Assembly (NCBI GenBank): GCA_043228905.1
Contig: JBHGNT010000009.1
Span: forward strand, 14,570,001 to 14,634,000
DNA from: Azolla caroliniana
Lineage: Eukaryota; Plantae; Polypodiophyta
Direction of reading: 5' to 3'
Length of the DNA stretch: 64,000 bases
Of the stretch, positions 33,483 through 46,188 are shown piece by piece; the stretch's first letter is position 1, and every line of letters begins with the position of its first letter. The position numbers and the translations under genes are program-made. The notes beneath the pieces were generated by a model. That model was given only the letters and a program-made list of their open reading frames with translations. It was not told the DNA's origin and searched no databases.

Positions 33483-35581
33483 CTGGCAAATGTAGCAGAG
33501 AGCAGACAGGAGGCAAATAATTTGCACTTTCACCCCTCTACATATTCAAAATGAGATTTGTCCCTTCTAATTGAAGCTCCCTTATTTTTGGCACTCACTA
33601 GCCTTCCTTTTTTAGGGGGATGGAATCTGGCTATTCTTCCAAAGAAGTTATGATCAAAGCTCTCAAAGCATAATATGTTCAAAAAGGTGTTGTTTTAACA
33701 ACGAAAAGATCTGCTTATAACAGAGTTGAGTTGAAGTGTGATTTGGGTGGAGAACCAAAGGTCAAGGAGACTAGTGATGGCGATCAGAAAAGGAAAATGG
33801 GATCTAGGCTAACAGATTGCACATTTGAAATCATTTCTAGGTGCAAAAAAGGCGTTTGGTATGTTCGAAAGATTTCGGGTGATCACAACCATGAAATACC
33901 TGATAGTTTGATTGGCCATTCGAAATATAAGAAATTAGATGGTGAAAGTAAGATAAAAGTTCAATCGATGTATGAATCTAATGTTGAACCGAAGGAGATA
34001 CTTAGTACTTTGAAAAAAGAGTCCCAAAGTAATGCTTCAATCCAAGAAGTATACAACGTCATAAAGGGTGTTAAAAGAGATTTTTTAGAAGGCAGATCTC
34101 CATTGGAAACATTGTCAAATATTATCGTGTCCCCAGAATACACTAGTAAGTTGCGCTTGGATGACGGCGGTAGAGTTAATGGATTATTTTTGGCATTCAA
34201 TGAAGTTGTAAAGCTTGCTAAAAGATTTGATGGGGTTTTCTTGTTGGACTGCACATACAAAACTAACAAATTCGGCATGCCCTTACTAAAATTCGTGGGA
34301 ATTGCGTGTACGAATCAGACGTTCAATGTTGCTGTTGCATTTCTTCCTGATGAGCAGGAAGAATCATACAAATGGGCGTTAAGGGAATTTAGCTCAATTG
34401 TCAGTCCAAGAGTAATAGCAACAGACCGAGAATTGGCACTGATGAATGCTATTGCGGTGACATTCCCTATGTGTAAAAACGTCCTCTACATATGGCACAT
34501 CAACAAAAACGTTGGTTCCAAATGTAGGATTTTTCAAGAAAGAAGACGAATGGAAAATATTTCTACAAAGATGGAATGAATTGGTCTATTCATCAACTGT
34601 GAACAAATTCAATCAAAATATGAATGATTTTTCGATATACAAGATCACAAATCCAGACACATATATACTTCAAACGTGGTTACCTTGGAAAGAAAGGTTT
34701 GTAACCTGTTATGTAAAGGATATACGTCATTTTAATTTTGTCACTACATCTCGTGATGAAGGTAGTCATCGGGTCTTAAAAAGTTACATAAAAAATGGGA
34801 AACGAAATTTACTGGAAGTGGTAAAGAATCTCAAATTGCTTTGGAAAAATCAGACTGCCGAGATTTTAAAAGAAATTGAACGTCAAAAATTGATTGTCTG
34901 TGATAGACACAAAATTGGGTTGTTAAAACCATTGCAAAAGAAGTTGTCTTTGTTTGCATTGCATGAAATACTTAAACAGTACAAGAAATCATTGAATGAA
35001 GAGGAAATGAAAAAGGTTTGCACTCAAAGTGTCACTGGAACATTGGGATTACCTTGCAAACACACAATAAGGGAGTTGGTCGAAGAAGGTCAAGTACTAA
35101 CTGATGCATATATTGACTCCCAATGGTTCTTAGAGTTGAATGCATCTTCTAGAGCCATTACCAATGTTAGTTTGAGTCAAAATATTTCACCAAGAAAAAA
35201 TCTTATTGAGAGATTACATAATGAGTTGTACAACAATCCTTAGACTCATTCGTCATCATTTATTAATCGTATTCAAAGTGTTTGGGATGATCCAACCAAT
35301 GAAATTTAGGATATTCAACCTCTTCAACGCAAAAAAGGAAGACCAGTGGGTGCCAAAAATAAGGGAGCTTCAATTAGAAGGGACAAATCTCATTTTGAAT
35401 ATGTAGAGGGGCGAAAGTGCTCAAAGTGTGGAGAGCCTGGACACAATGCTAGAACATGCTCCAAATCTTAATAAACCATTTTGAAATAGCTTTTACGTTC
35501 ATTTGTAGTGCAAATAAACATATTTTTGAACTAAAAAAAAACTGTGAAAATATGGAAAAAACTATGAATTTACCAATTTCC
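33193..35581 (+). mobile_element. Mutator-like element (MULE)
   Basis: TIRs of about 70-90 bp, G(A/G)AAATTGGTAAATTCA...TTGCACTACAAATGAA. Flanking duplication TATATTTA. Transposase inside. Confidence 0.9.
33619..35471 (+). pseudogene. MULE transposase pseudogene (FAR1-type zinc finger, DDE core, GLPCxH, CCHC knuckle)
   Basis: HNHE, LDCTYKTNKFGMPL, TDRELALMNAI, WHINKNV, GLPCKH, KCSKCGEPGHNARTC. Frameshift near 34520 and in-frame stops. Confidence 0.9.
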
Positions 35582-35734
35582 TATATTTATTATTCTAAAT
35601 TTTGTTTAAAGTATGAAAAATAAAAAATAAACAACATTTATATAGACAAAAGTTAAGACCATAAATTCATTGAAAACTAAGAAAGTAGCATCCAAAGTTC
35701 CAAACATGAACTAAATTTCATCCAAAGTTCAAAA

Positions 35735-38700
35735 GGTTGGCTGAAGAAGTGGGTAGTTTGCAATGTTCATCATTCATATGTCGGCTATTAGGAGGACACC
35801 CTAGTAAAGGGTTGTTAAGAGACATGCTACAAGCAACCCTTTTGGGTAAAATGCCGCCTATCCTAAACATTTTGCAAATGGGCCTTAATTATTACCATGT
35901 CATCTTAGAAGAAGGCCATAATGTGCAAGAAATTCTAGACCACAAATGGATTACGCTCAAGTATGGCAAAGCGATGATTTTGGAATGGAGTCCAGACTTT
36001 AATGCAATGGAGGAGCATAAAAAAGCAGGCACTCTAGTGGCCATTACCGTATGCTTCCTAGACCTACCCTTCCAACTCCATCATTTGATCCCAAAGTTGG
36101 CACACAATATTGGGATGGTATGTATAGAGAAACCTTCATTTGCCGATAAGGTTGCTGAAATCCCCAACCTGAAGGTGTTGGTTAGAGACATAAAAGAATT
36201 GCCAACAAAGATTAGAGTCCACACAGAGGATTTGGGCCTAAGGGTGGTGAAGGTTAGTTATGAAGGCTTGTCGGGCCAGTGCTTTGCATATAAGGAAATG
36301 GGCCATAGGGCCAAACAGTGCCCTTTGTATTGGAAGAAAAGAGAAGGCAAAGGAAATCAAGGCACCAAGATGCCCGATAACCCAATGTCAACGATGGGTG
36401 GGCAGAGGATCCTCGCTCATGTTGGGAAGCAAGTCACTGGGGAAGAAGGATGGGTAACGCCAAGGAAAGTGGCTAAATCTAGCATTCACAATCAAAAGGG
36501 TCCTCTTACAAGTGCTGGTTCCAGTTCTAACAAATTTGATATCTTGTCACAAAGGGAAGAGGAACCCGAAGAGGGTGAGATAATTTTGACGACTCCGATT
36601 GATTTGCTTCCAAGAGTCGAGACCTTCGAAACACTTGTAGAGCCCTCTAAAAGCTGGGGCAAGAGATTGTCAGCAGACCTAAGAATGTTAAGGCATGGAT
36701 TAGGAAAGGGAAGGACAAGGAGAGTCATGCAGTGAAGTGCAGGAAATGACTGCCCAGATTGAGGCTGGAAATCCCTCGCTTGTGGGCGTTGACTTTGTTA
36801 TGTTGAAAGATTGGAAGATGCAAGGTATGGAGGTACCCAAAGTCATAGTGAACATTGGTACTCCCAAGGAAAGAATTCATGTTTGGAATAGAGCACACAT
36901 GGTTCTCATCAATAGTGACTCTAGTAGACCGGAGATCGGTTGCTCCTTCGAATTGGAGCCTTATATGGAAGATGGAAGGGGAGAAGAATCCGCTTTGAAG
37001 ACGTTCTGTAACAGGGCAACAATGTGTATGCGATACCTTATATCTGAAAACGAAGCTAAGGGGAGGCATGCACAATGGAAGAGCTCCTTGATACATGGGG
37101 AGATTCTTGAACTTGGTCCAAATGTTCCCTTGGTTTGCATATGGAGGGTGCACGATCTTATGCTAAATCCTGGTCAGTTCCACTTCTAGTGTGGTGAATT
37201 ACCTACTGATAAAAAAAGGGAAATAAGAATGGAGTGGAAAAACATATGGAGTATGATGACGACATATTTGTCCAGCAAGGGTGAATCCCCCTTGGCCCTT
37301 CTTTTGAACCCAAGTCAATGAGACTTTTCTCTTGGAATGTGCAGGGACTTGGTGGGTCCCATCATCTGCTTGAGAAGCGAATTTTGCTCGGAGGCCGAGC
37401 TGATATGGAAACCAAATGCTGATTTCAAATGGATTGCAAAAGGGGAAGGCATTAGATATCTGGGAATGTGGATTGGTGTAGATATTGACAAACGAATTCA
37501 GTTGCAACAAATTCAAAGTAAAATTTGCAACAAAATCCGTATCTGGTCAGGGATGAATTTATCATTAGCTGGTAGGATCATAATAGCTAACCATGTGCTC
37601 TTGTCTACTATGTGGCACACGGTCTCCGTGTGGATGTTTGACAAGCATGCTATTCGTATTGTTAAAGCGTGTATTAGGGGCTTTCTATGGGTTGGGAATA
37701 GGAAAGACAATGCGGCAGCTAAAGTATCATGGTCTACGTTGATTCTTCCCAAAAGTAAGGGGGGGTCTAGGATTGATAGACCCTGGAATACAAAGTCAAT
37801 CATTGATATGTAAGGTATTGGTAAGGAGCTTGCTGCCCGGAAATGAGTTATGGAAAACATTGATTTTTAATAGGAGCATCCTTTGGAGTCCACGACTTGG
37901 TGGACAGTGGAAGCCACATAAATCATGGCTCTTTTGTATGGACTTAAAGCTTAGGAAATCTAATCGATTGGCTGGTCACACATGTATGTCAGTGATGAAG
38001 GCGTGGGATATGCTCCGTGGGCATCTTAGGCGTATAGGTCCAAGTACTAATGCTGAATGGATGCACCAACCCCTATTGTGGAATGAGACCTTAAAGTCGA
38101 CCAAGGGGAAGATGCTTGGCCAACACAAGGGTATGCCGTGGGCTATATTGCATGGTATTGGCATTCAGTCAATGGGAAATTGGATGCAGTTGTCCCTTAG
38201 TAATCGGGATAAATTACATGAAGATGCGAGAAAGTTCAGAAATGGTAGGAAGATGCTTGATCTAGTCGATAAAGTTGTTTACTCTATTCCTATTAGTAAT
38301 GGGCACGAGGGTGAATGGTTTGGACAATGTGATGATGCCAGAAAAGTTATCAATGCCAAGGGTATAGGAAAGAATGGGAAGATCATCCAGTTGGGATCGG
38401 TAGTTGCACGTGCTCTCCGATTAGAATTGTGGCACGAGACGGTAAGAAATGGAAGGTGAATCCATCAATTGCTGAGGTTGAGGAGGATTGGATCTGGTAT
38501 GTAGTTGAAGGCAAGCCACTTGAGTGTTTAGAATGGGATCTTGTAGAATATTTGTGGAGGGACGAACAAGGTAAATCACATGGTTTCTTTGACTTCTCAA
38601 CTCGCTTGGGTAGGCATTTATGCTTGCATCGTGAGAAGTGTGCCAACAAATGGACCCATGTAGCTGTTGATTTGGATAAAACCAGGAGCATGATATGGAG

Positions 38701-39607
38701 CTCTTCCCTCCCCGAGAGGGTCAAGGTGTTTTTTTGGCCAATCACCCATCGGGCTGTTCCAACCGGAGAGTGGCTGGGGAAAAGGGGTGGCATGAGTAAC
38801 TGCAAGGCCTGTGGAGCGAGTTTGGAGGACATCGCACATTGTTTATGGAGTTGCCCGCGAGCCCAAGAAGTTTGGAAGAGGAGCTTAAGAATTCTGGCTC
38901 GATGCGGGGTTGAAGTTCAAGTATCAAGTGCAGTCGTTGTTTGGTTAACTACTGACTCAGCTGCATGGTTTCATGGGTGGAATGGAAATAGCCCTTCTTT
39001 AAAGGTGGGGAATGGTACAGTTCTGCCTGCAACTCAAGGAGATTCATTCTTCATACAAGACCGATACGTAGATGTTTGGATTTTAGTGGTTGGCCTTACT
39101 GTTTGGCAAGTATGGGTATCAAGGTGTAAGGAGTCTTTTACCGGGAAGCGAACCCCATCAGCTGAGAGTTTAATGATGATTTGGTTTAATCTGATTTCTA
39201 CGCTACGAAGTAAGTTTGATAGCCTTCAAGGGCCCTCTGATGCGAGTGAAGAAGCTAGGTACCGCTTCCTTCTAAAATGGAGAGGTTCCCCGATGTTATA
39301 GATGGTGGATGGCAATGCAAAGTGGATATATCAGCCTCCCCGATGGTTGTTCCCTCCTAGGGTACCAAACATTGAGGTAGGTGCTGAATTGTGAAGTGAT
39401 TGGCGGGTGTCTTTGCTGAATGTGGGTGTGTGAGGCTCATGTTGATGGGTGTCTGTTGAGTAATTATGTGATGACGCTTAGTTGCTTCATTTCTGCATTA
39501 TGTTTTGTTGTAGCCATTGCAAAGTGGCTTGTAACATATGAGTTGTATATTATTCCATGTACTTTTTCTTAACTAATGGAAGTAGATTTTTTTTTTGGAA
39601 AAAAAAT
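35735..39607 (+). mobile_element. L1-type LINE, internally deleted (ORF1 plus 3' part of ORF2)
   Basis: ORF1 35737-36735 has EWSPDF, DLPFQL and a degenerate knuckle CFAYKEMGHRAKQC. ORF2 remnant has IRYLG, LSLAGRIIIANHVL, KVSWSTLILPKSKGG and zf-RVT CKACGASLEDIAHCLWSC. A-tail near 39600. Confidence 0.88.
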
Positions 39608-39999
39608 ATTAACTTAGAAAGTAGCTCTAAATTCATAGTACTAAAATTTAATCTCATCTCCCTATTCTTGAGTTGCATTGTCAATGTCAACATCTTGTCC
39701 ATCATCATCATGATCTTCAAAATCCTCATTAACCATAGTTGCATGTTGCCTTTGCAATAGGAAAACCCTATCATCTTCTTCTTCTTCATTAATCATATCC
39801 AAAGTCACTTCCATGTGCCACATTAAGCTTTCTCCTCCCAAGATAGAAGTACTCAATGATAGCATCAATTTCAAAATGTGACACTAATTATTAATTTGGA
39901 TATTCCTGGTAGAGATGATCAAGCAAATGCTATATGTGTAGATACCCAAAATTCATTAGGTCAAAATTTTTTATTTTTTTATTCCAAAAAAAACTCCTT

Positions 40000-40640
40000 C
40001 CATTAGTTATAAAATTTTACAAATGAGATTATTATGTACAAATCCTTGTAGGGACGCGATAGTTCCATCTTATGTGGATGCCCACTGATTCAATAAAGGG
40101 AGAGGACGACCATTGTTGGATGAAGGCTATTCGTTGTCTTTCAACTCCATCAGAGCCACCCTTGAGGCCATCATATTGGCTCTTTAGAGTGGCTACAATT
40201 TCACTCCATATCTCTTGCAGTAACATTGTTGGATGCACAGTTTTGTTGGAGAAGATCCTTCTACACCGTTGTTTCCATAGAATCCAAAGAGTTATTGGGC
40301 TGACCAATTCCAACACAACTTGAGATTTGTCATTAAGAGGAGTTGAGTGGACATTGCCAATGGTGGAGAAAAAAACCTCTTGTGCTTTTATTACCAAAGT
40401 CATCCCCTCCTCATGATGCTCGTATCTGCCAGTTGGGTTTTGCCATGATAGCCAACATATATTTCCCCAATTGATTGAGCCTTGCACCTAGCGTAATTGC
40501 AATAAGCGGCCAACCCCCTACCATATTCGATGGGACACTGGGCAGTCCCACATAGCGTGTCGTATTGATTCTACTACATTTGGACACTCTACACAATTAG
40601 GAGAGCTAAGGTTCCCACGTTGCCATGCTCCCACTAGTCA
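40000..40640 (-). mobile_element. L1 ORF2 3' fragment
   Basis: ITLWILWKQRCRRIF..IWSEIVATLKSQYD is homologous to the end of the L1 at 39100-39300. Confidence 0.8.
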
Positions 40641-41734
40641 TTAGGTTAGCTTTGTGACCCTCTTATTCAATAATAAGTCAATAATTCTCTTCCTTATAAA
40701 AGAAGAGAGAAACTTAAGTTGTATTCAATTTGCATTGTTTCGAGTGAGTTTTATGAAACAATTTTATAATGAAAGCAAATCAAACCCATTATTGAAAACT
40801 TTAACTCACGATCTTAGTGAATCACACACTTCAACATTATGTCTAAATAAATATTAGAATTTTGCATTAGCCTATAACAACCTACAAGCAAGCCTACTAT
40901 CTTGAGAATCTAAGATAGAAAGAACCAAGCATAAGCAAAATTTGAGATATATGGGACTACAAGTAACTGTAAGTAACTTTAAAGAAGAATCAGACAGGAA
41001 AAATTGGTAAGGCCACATGCGGGTGAGGATGGATGGAGGGAGATTGCGAGGAATCAAGATGGAGGGTGGCGGGTGAGAATGGATGAAGGATGATTGTGAA
41101 GAATCAGGATATTCGATGGAGGGCCGCAAGTGGAGGTTGCACGCGCCTTGTTCGTTTTCTCCTTCCTAGACTTCAGTTCGCGACACGTATATCAGAAAAA
41201 AAACCCCAAAAGGAAAAAAAAGGGAAACGAATATCACATATCATATGCGAACGTATGCAAATGTTTGCATACGTCTACTAAATTGGACGTACACGAATAT
41301 TACGAACTAGGGTATGAATGGAGGAAAATCACCTTAGAGGTAAAGGTTTATATTGTTGTCTCGTAGACTTCAAGAAAGCTTTTGATATGGTACATCGTGA
41401 GCATCTTTGGAGGCGAATAGAAGAACTCGAGATGCCAAGTGAATATATGCTTTCAATTTCTGGAATATATGAGAAGGTTACATGTTGTGTGTGAGCGATT
41501 GACTTTCAGATTTTTTCAATAGCACTATTGGTGTTAAGCAAGGATGTTCACTCTCACCAACTCTATTTTGGTTTACGCATTGATGAATTAGAACAAAATG
41601 GTTGCCAAGTTTGTAAAGGAAGAAGGTGTTAAAGAAGTTACCATTGGGAATGTTCTTGTCATTATGCTTTTGTTATATGTGGATGATGTAGTGTGTTTTG
41701 GAAATAGTTTAGGAGATGCACAAAAGCTTATGAA

Positions 41735-44700
41735 TGTTGGCATAAAAGGCCGACTCCTTCCATTTTGTACCCTTAGTGTGAACACATCATCAAGTTAGGG
41801 CTTCTATATATATAAGCCCAACTGTAACATTGTAGAGTGAGAGAGTTTTACAGAAGAAAATAATAAAGCCTCCATTTGAGCTGAAATTTGTCTATATTAT
41901 CTTCTACCTTCTTGCACATCTATATTATGTTTGTGTTGTATGTTGTACAAATTTTCTTGCAGGTCCTCGCATATACTTCCACATATCATATTCGACAAGT
42001 GGTATCAGAGCGATCTTGCTGTCTGATGGCAACGAACTTCAAAGACTGAGAAGAGAAGCTATCTGGCTGAGACAAAAGATAAGGCCAACAACATCTACTT
42101 TCCAGAAAATGGCGACACAGTCTGACACAAATGTGGAAATCCGGAAGTTCGACGTGAAGAGCTTCACCCTATGGAAAGAAACGATGCAAGATGTGCTCAT
42201 AATCCAAAGACAAGTCAAAGAGATTCGCCAAAGACAGGTTAAAGAGATTCGCCAAAGTGACAAACCAACATCGATGTCTGCTGAAGAGTGGAGATCGATG
42301 GACGAAATCGCACAATCGACCATCCGGATGCACTTGGCTGAGAACATCTATTTCAACATGGCCAAGGAGACAACAACATTCTCTTTGTGGGAGAAACTTG
42401 AGGCTGTATACGAGAAAAGTCCTCCTCATCAAAGCTCATATGGATATGATAGTTGTTCAATATGAAAATGAGAGAGATGGAACCGACAACCTCCCACATC
42501 AACACCTTCAGTCGGGTATTGTTTGAGCTCTCCTCCCAAGGGATTAAATTTGAAGAATAAGTTAACGCCCTTGCCCTCCTTTCGAGCTTGCCGACGAGTT
42601 GGGAGGTATTTTGCACGACATTCGCCAATAGATATCCAAAGTTGAATCTGGATGAAATGATCGGACAAGTCCTCACTGAGGACATTCGGCAAAAATCTAT
42701 GGGACTCACCATCGATGAATCTGTAGAAGCCCACTACTCGACTAAGTCGATCGGACAAACCAACTCATAAAGAGATCAAGCTGAAAGAATTGGTTGAAAC
42801 ACCAATTGATCAAGGAGGAAGAAAGATCGACAATGGTCGAAGTCGAGGAATAGTTGATCAAGTGATTTCTGCACTCATTGCATAAAGACTGGTCACAAAG
42901 TTTCCAACTACTAGTCCATCAAAAGAAAGGAGAATCGTCGGCGATTCAATCGAACACAAGGTCAATCTGATTCAAACCGTTTTGCTATTGACAACCAAGT
43001 CAATGTTGCCGAATCCCAGTGTCGTGAAAATCCGCCAGTAAGTGCGGATCGTGAGGCGGAACTATTGGGGTTCTGGACCGGAAGGATTTAGGGCTTCACG
43101 CTTAATGCACTTTAAGCTTAAAGACGAGATATTTCCCTCTAATAAGAGTAAATTGGTAGTATAAGAGATTGAATAATAGTTAATTACATTTATGCATAAG
43201 CAAATCTTTGAGTAGGAGATTATGTGAGATCGAATAATACTTAATTATTCTTATGAGTAAGAAGGCTTAGAGTAAGCAAGCATGAATAACATAACACTTA
43301 ATTTTACTTATACATAAGAAAATTTTAAAGAAAGAGACCATGAGAGAGGAAACATGGAAAGCTTTTTATTACTAAATCATCACTATAATGGATCTATTTT
43401 GTTACATGATTTTTTTTCTATCCCCTTTTAGGGTATAAGAGTATGAGAGAGGAAACATAAATATTTTCTTCGTCAAATCCCCCCCCCCTTCTTCTTAAAA
43501 TAAGCTCTTATTTATAGGTTTAGGATTGCTTGCTTCCTTTCTTCCTTTCTTTTTCCCAAAAGTTTCTCTATATGAGTCAACTTTTCTTTTTATCACTATT
43601 TCTGTTCTGTATCGTCAAATCTAACATGCAAGCTACTCTTAGAAATCTATTTCTGTTAGCTTTCTTATGCATCCTTCCTTTTCTAATTTGGACATTGGAC
43701 GAGGAAATTACGAGCTATTTACTTGACCTTGCTCCTCATATCCACGACTAGCTTTTCTTTTCCTATCTTTTTCTCTATTTTTGTCTACTTTCGAAAACCG
43801 CTTCTAACTTTTTATCCTTTCATTTATTACTATAGTTGATTTAACAACATTAGTTTATTTGGACCACTATTTTATTCTCTTTTGAGGGTGGATTCGCAGT
43901 ATGTGTCGAAAACATCACGACACCAGTTCGGAGAAATCCTCTCACTGGAGGAGTTGTCGACCAATGAAGTCCTATACAACGTGCAAGACTCGCAAACGTG
44001 GTTGTTGGATTCTTGCGCCACATTTCACGTGAATATAACTCTTGAGAATTCAAACAACACGTGCCTGGAAAAGGGATCTGGCACCAAAAGACCATTCCTT
44101 ACACCCCCATGCAGAATAGCATGGCGGAATGGCTCAACCGAACAATCCAAGAGAGGGTGAAGGCAATGCTCCAGTAATCCGGACTAAAGCTGGAATTATG
44201 GGCTAAAGCATCATAGATGGCAATATACTTGATAAATTTGTCGTCGTCGAGAGCGATGTGGCTTGATGTGCCACAAGCACTCTGGTCAGGCAAACAATCG
44301 ACCTACGATAGGCTTCGTATATTCGGATGCGAAGCCTACGCCTTTATCCCTATGGATAAAAGGACCAAGCTGGCACCCCATGCACTCAAGTGTATATTTC
44401 TTGGTTATGGAATCAACGAGGACTTTGACTATCGGCTATGGGACCTAGAGAACTAGAAATTGATCCAAAGTAGTGACGTAGTCTTCAATAAAGTCTCAAT
44501 TCTCTCCGACCGTAACCAACTAAAAAGGGTTGGCAAAAAAGTCTCCTTCAACATTGACAAAGATGCTGTAGAAGGATAGACCCACCGAGACGGATTGGAG
44601 ACTTGACAAACAACCAAAATCGACTGTGTCAACAACCCCCCCGTCGAATCTGAATTGGCAAGAGGTCCATTAGTCGAAATTGATTCGACTAGAAGATTGA

Positions 44701-46188
44701 CAAGAGCCGAAAATGATAGAGTTGAATAGACCAACTAGTCCAAATAGGCTAAGGTACCGAAAGGCTGAACTGAATCGACCAAGGCACCAACCCCTCAGTC
44801 AATTGATCCCGAAGAAGGGGAGGATGATTCGACATCGCCGAAATCCTATTACAAGGATGGTTCAACCAACATTGATTGGACACCAGAACCAATTGAAAAA
44901 TATGAGCCAACAAAATCGGCACCTAGGAGATCCAGACGAGTTAGAAGGTGGCGGGCCTTGACTAAGTCAATTACATGGATGCAGACAAACCTACCTCCTA
45001 TGAGGAAGCTATGGCTACACCTCCTATGGCTTCACTCAATGCCGACACATGGCTACAAGCCATGAAATGTGAGATGGACCCAATTAATGAAAATAACACA
45101 TGGGACTTGGTCGAGTTACCAACTAGAAGGAAGCTACTACCCTGCAAATGAGTCTTCAGATACAAATATGTATCCGATTCAGAGAAGCCCAAATACATAC
45201 CTTGGCTTGTCACCAAAGGTTTTAAACAGGAACATGGGGTTGACTACGATGAAATCTTTTCGCCCATAGTCAAAATGACCACCGTCCGGCTCCTTCTAGG
45301 GGTCATGGGGATGGAAAACCTAGAGCTGGAGCAACTCGATGTCAAAACGGCCTTCCTACACAAAGATCTCGATGAAGACATTTACATGTCTCAACTGACC
45401 GGCTTCACGGCGACAGGGAAGCAAGGTCACCTCGTCTACAAGCTGAAAAAGAGCCTATATGGCCAAAAGCAAACACTGAGAATGTGGTATTAGAAGTTTG
45501 ATGCCTATATCCAGTAGCTAAGCTACATCCAATCGAACTCCAACCCATGCATGTACATTCGGCAATTGGCCAATGAGTCTTGGATCTACTTGATCCTATA
45601 TGTTGACGATATGTTGATTGTAGGGAGCAATCAAGCAGAAATCGGAAGACTAAAGCGGAGCTTTCACGACAAATTCGTGATGAAGGAACTCAAACAAGCC
45701 CGACATATCTTGGGCATGAGGATCGAGTGAAATAAGATGACGAAGACTTTCCGGCTCTCCCAATTGACTATATTTGGAAGGTGCTAAAATGGTTTAACAT
45801 GTAGAACGCAAAGTCGGCACCAACTCCGCTCTTGACGTTGACACGACTAACGGACAAGGACTCTCCTTTGAAGGACAAGAAGAAAGAGCTCAATTGGAAG
45901 ATACCCTACACATCGATCGTAGGAGGTATCATGTATGCAATGGTGGTGACCCGACCCGACCTTGTATATGTCGTAGGGATCGTCAACTGGTACATGTTGA
46001 ACCTAGGACAAAAGCATTGGGAGGCCGTCAAACACATCTTCCAATATCTACGAGGAACCAAAGATGTACAACTAACTTTAGGATCGACAAATCTGATTGA
46101 AGTCTATGGCTACATTGACTTTGACTATGCCGGCAATCCGGACAATCGGAAGTCGACATCAAGCTATATATTCACCTATGTCAGCGTT
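41735..46188 (+). mobile_element. Degenerate Ty1/copia (family B): 5' LTR 41735-41997, PBS, gag-pol remnants, 3'-truncated
   Basis: TGGTATCAGAGC PBS at 42000. VEIRKFD, WLLDSCATFH, LRIFGCEAYAF, EQLDVKTAFL, LYVDDML, TRPDL, DNRKSTS. Confidence 0.92.
43020..43922 (-). mobile_element. Solo LTR of the 4-bp-TSD family (903 bp)
   Basis: TGTCGTGAAAAT...CATCACGACA with TSD CCAG on both sides. Host copia reading frame VAESQFGEIL is restored on removal. Confidence 0.9.

Larger units (their letters stand above)
33076..41311 (-). mobile_element. Non-autonomous hAT-like DNA transposon carrying nested insertions
   Basis: Imperfect TIRs CATAGTTCGTGACAT / ATATTACGAACTAGG. 8-bp TSD GTATTAAT / GTATGAAT. Acidic transposase-tail-like remnant at 39660-39875. 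Confidence 0.65.
32530..41734 (+). mobile_element. Degenerate RTE-type LINE RT (32530-33075 and 41320-41734), split by the hAT-like element
   Basis: NNYRTIM...GQASFRKHHSTIDH..LHVL continues after the insertion as ..DFKKAFD..GVKQGCSLSPTLF..LLYVDDV. Confidence 0.85.

Noticed and set aside
33619-35471. Domesticated FAR1/FRS host gene
   Set aside because: It has TIRs, a flanking duplication, a frameshift and stops, so it is a dead transposon.
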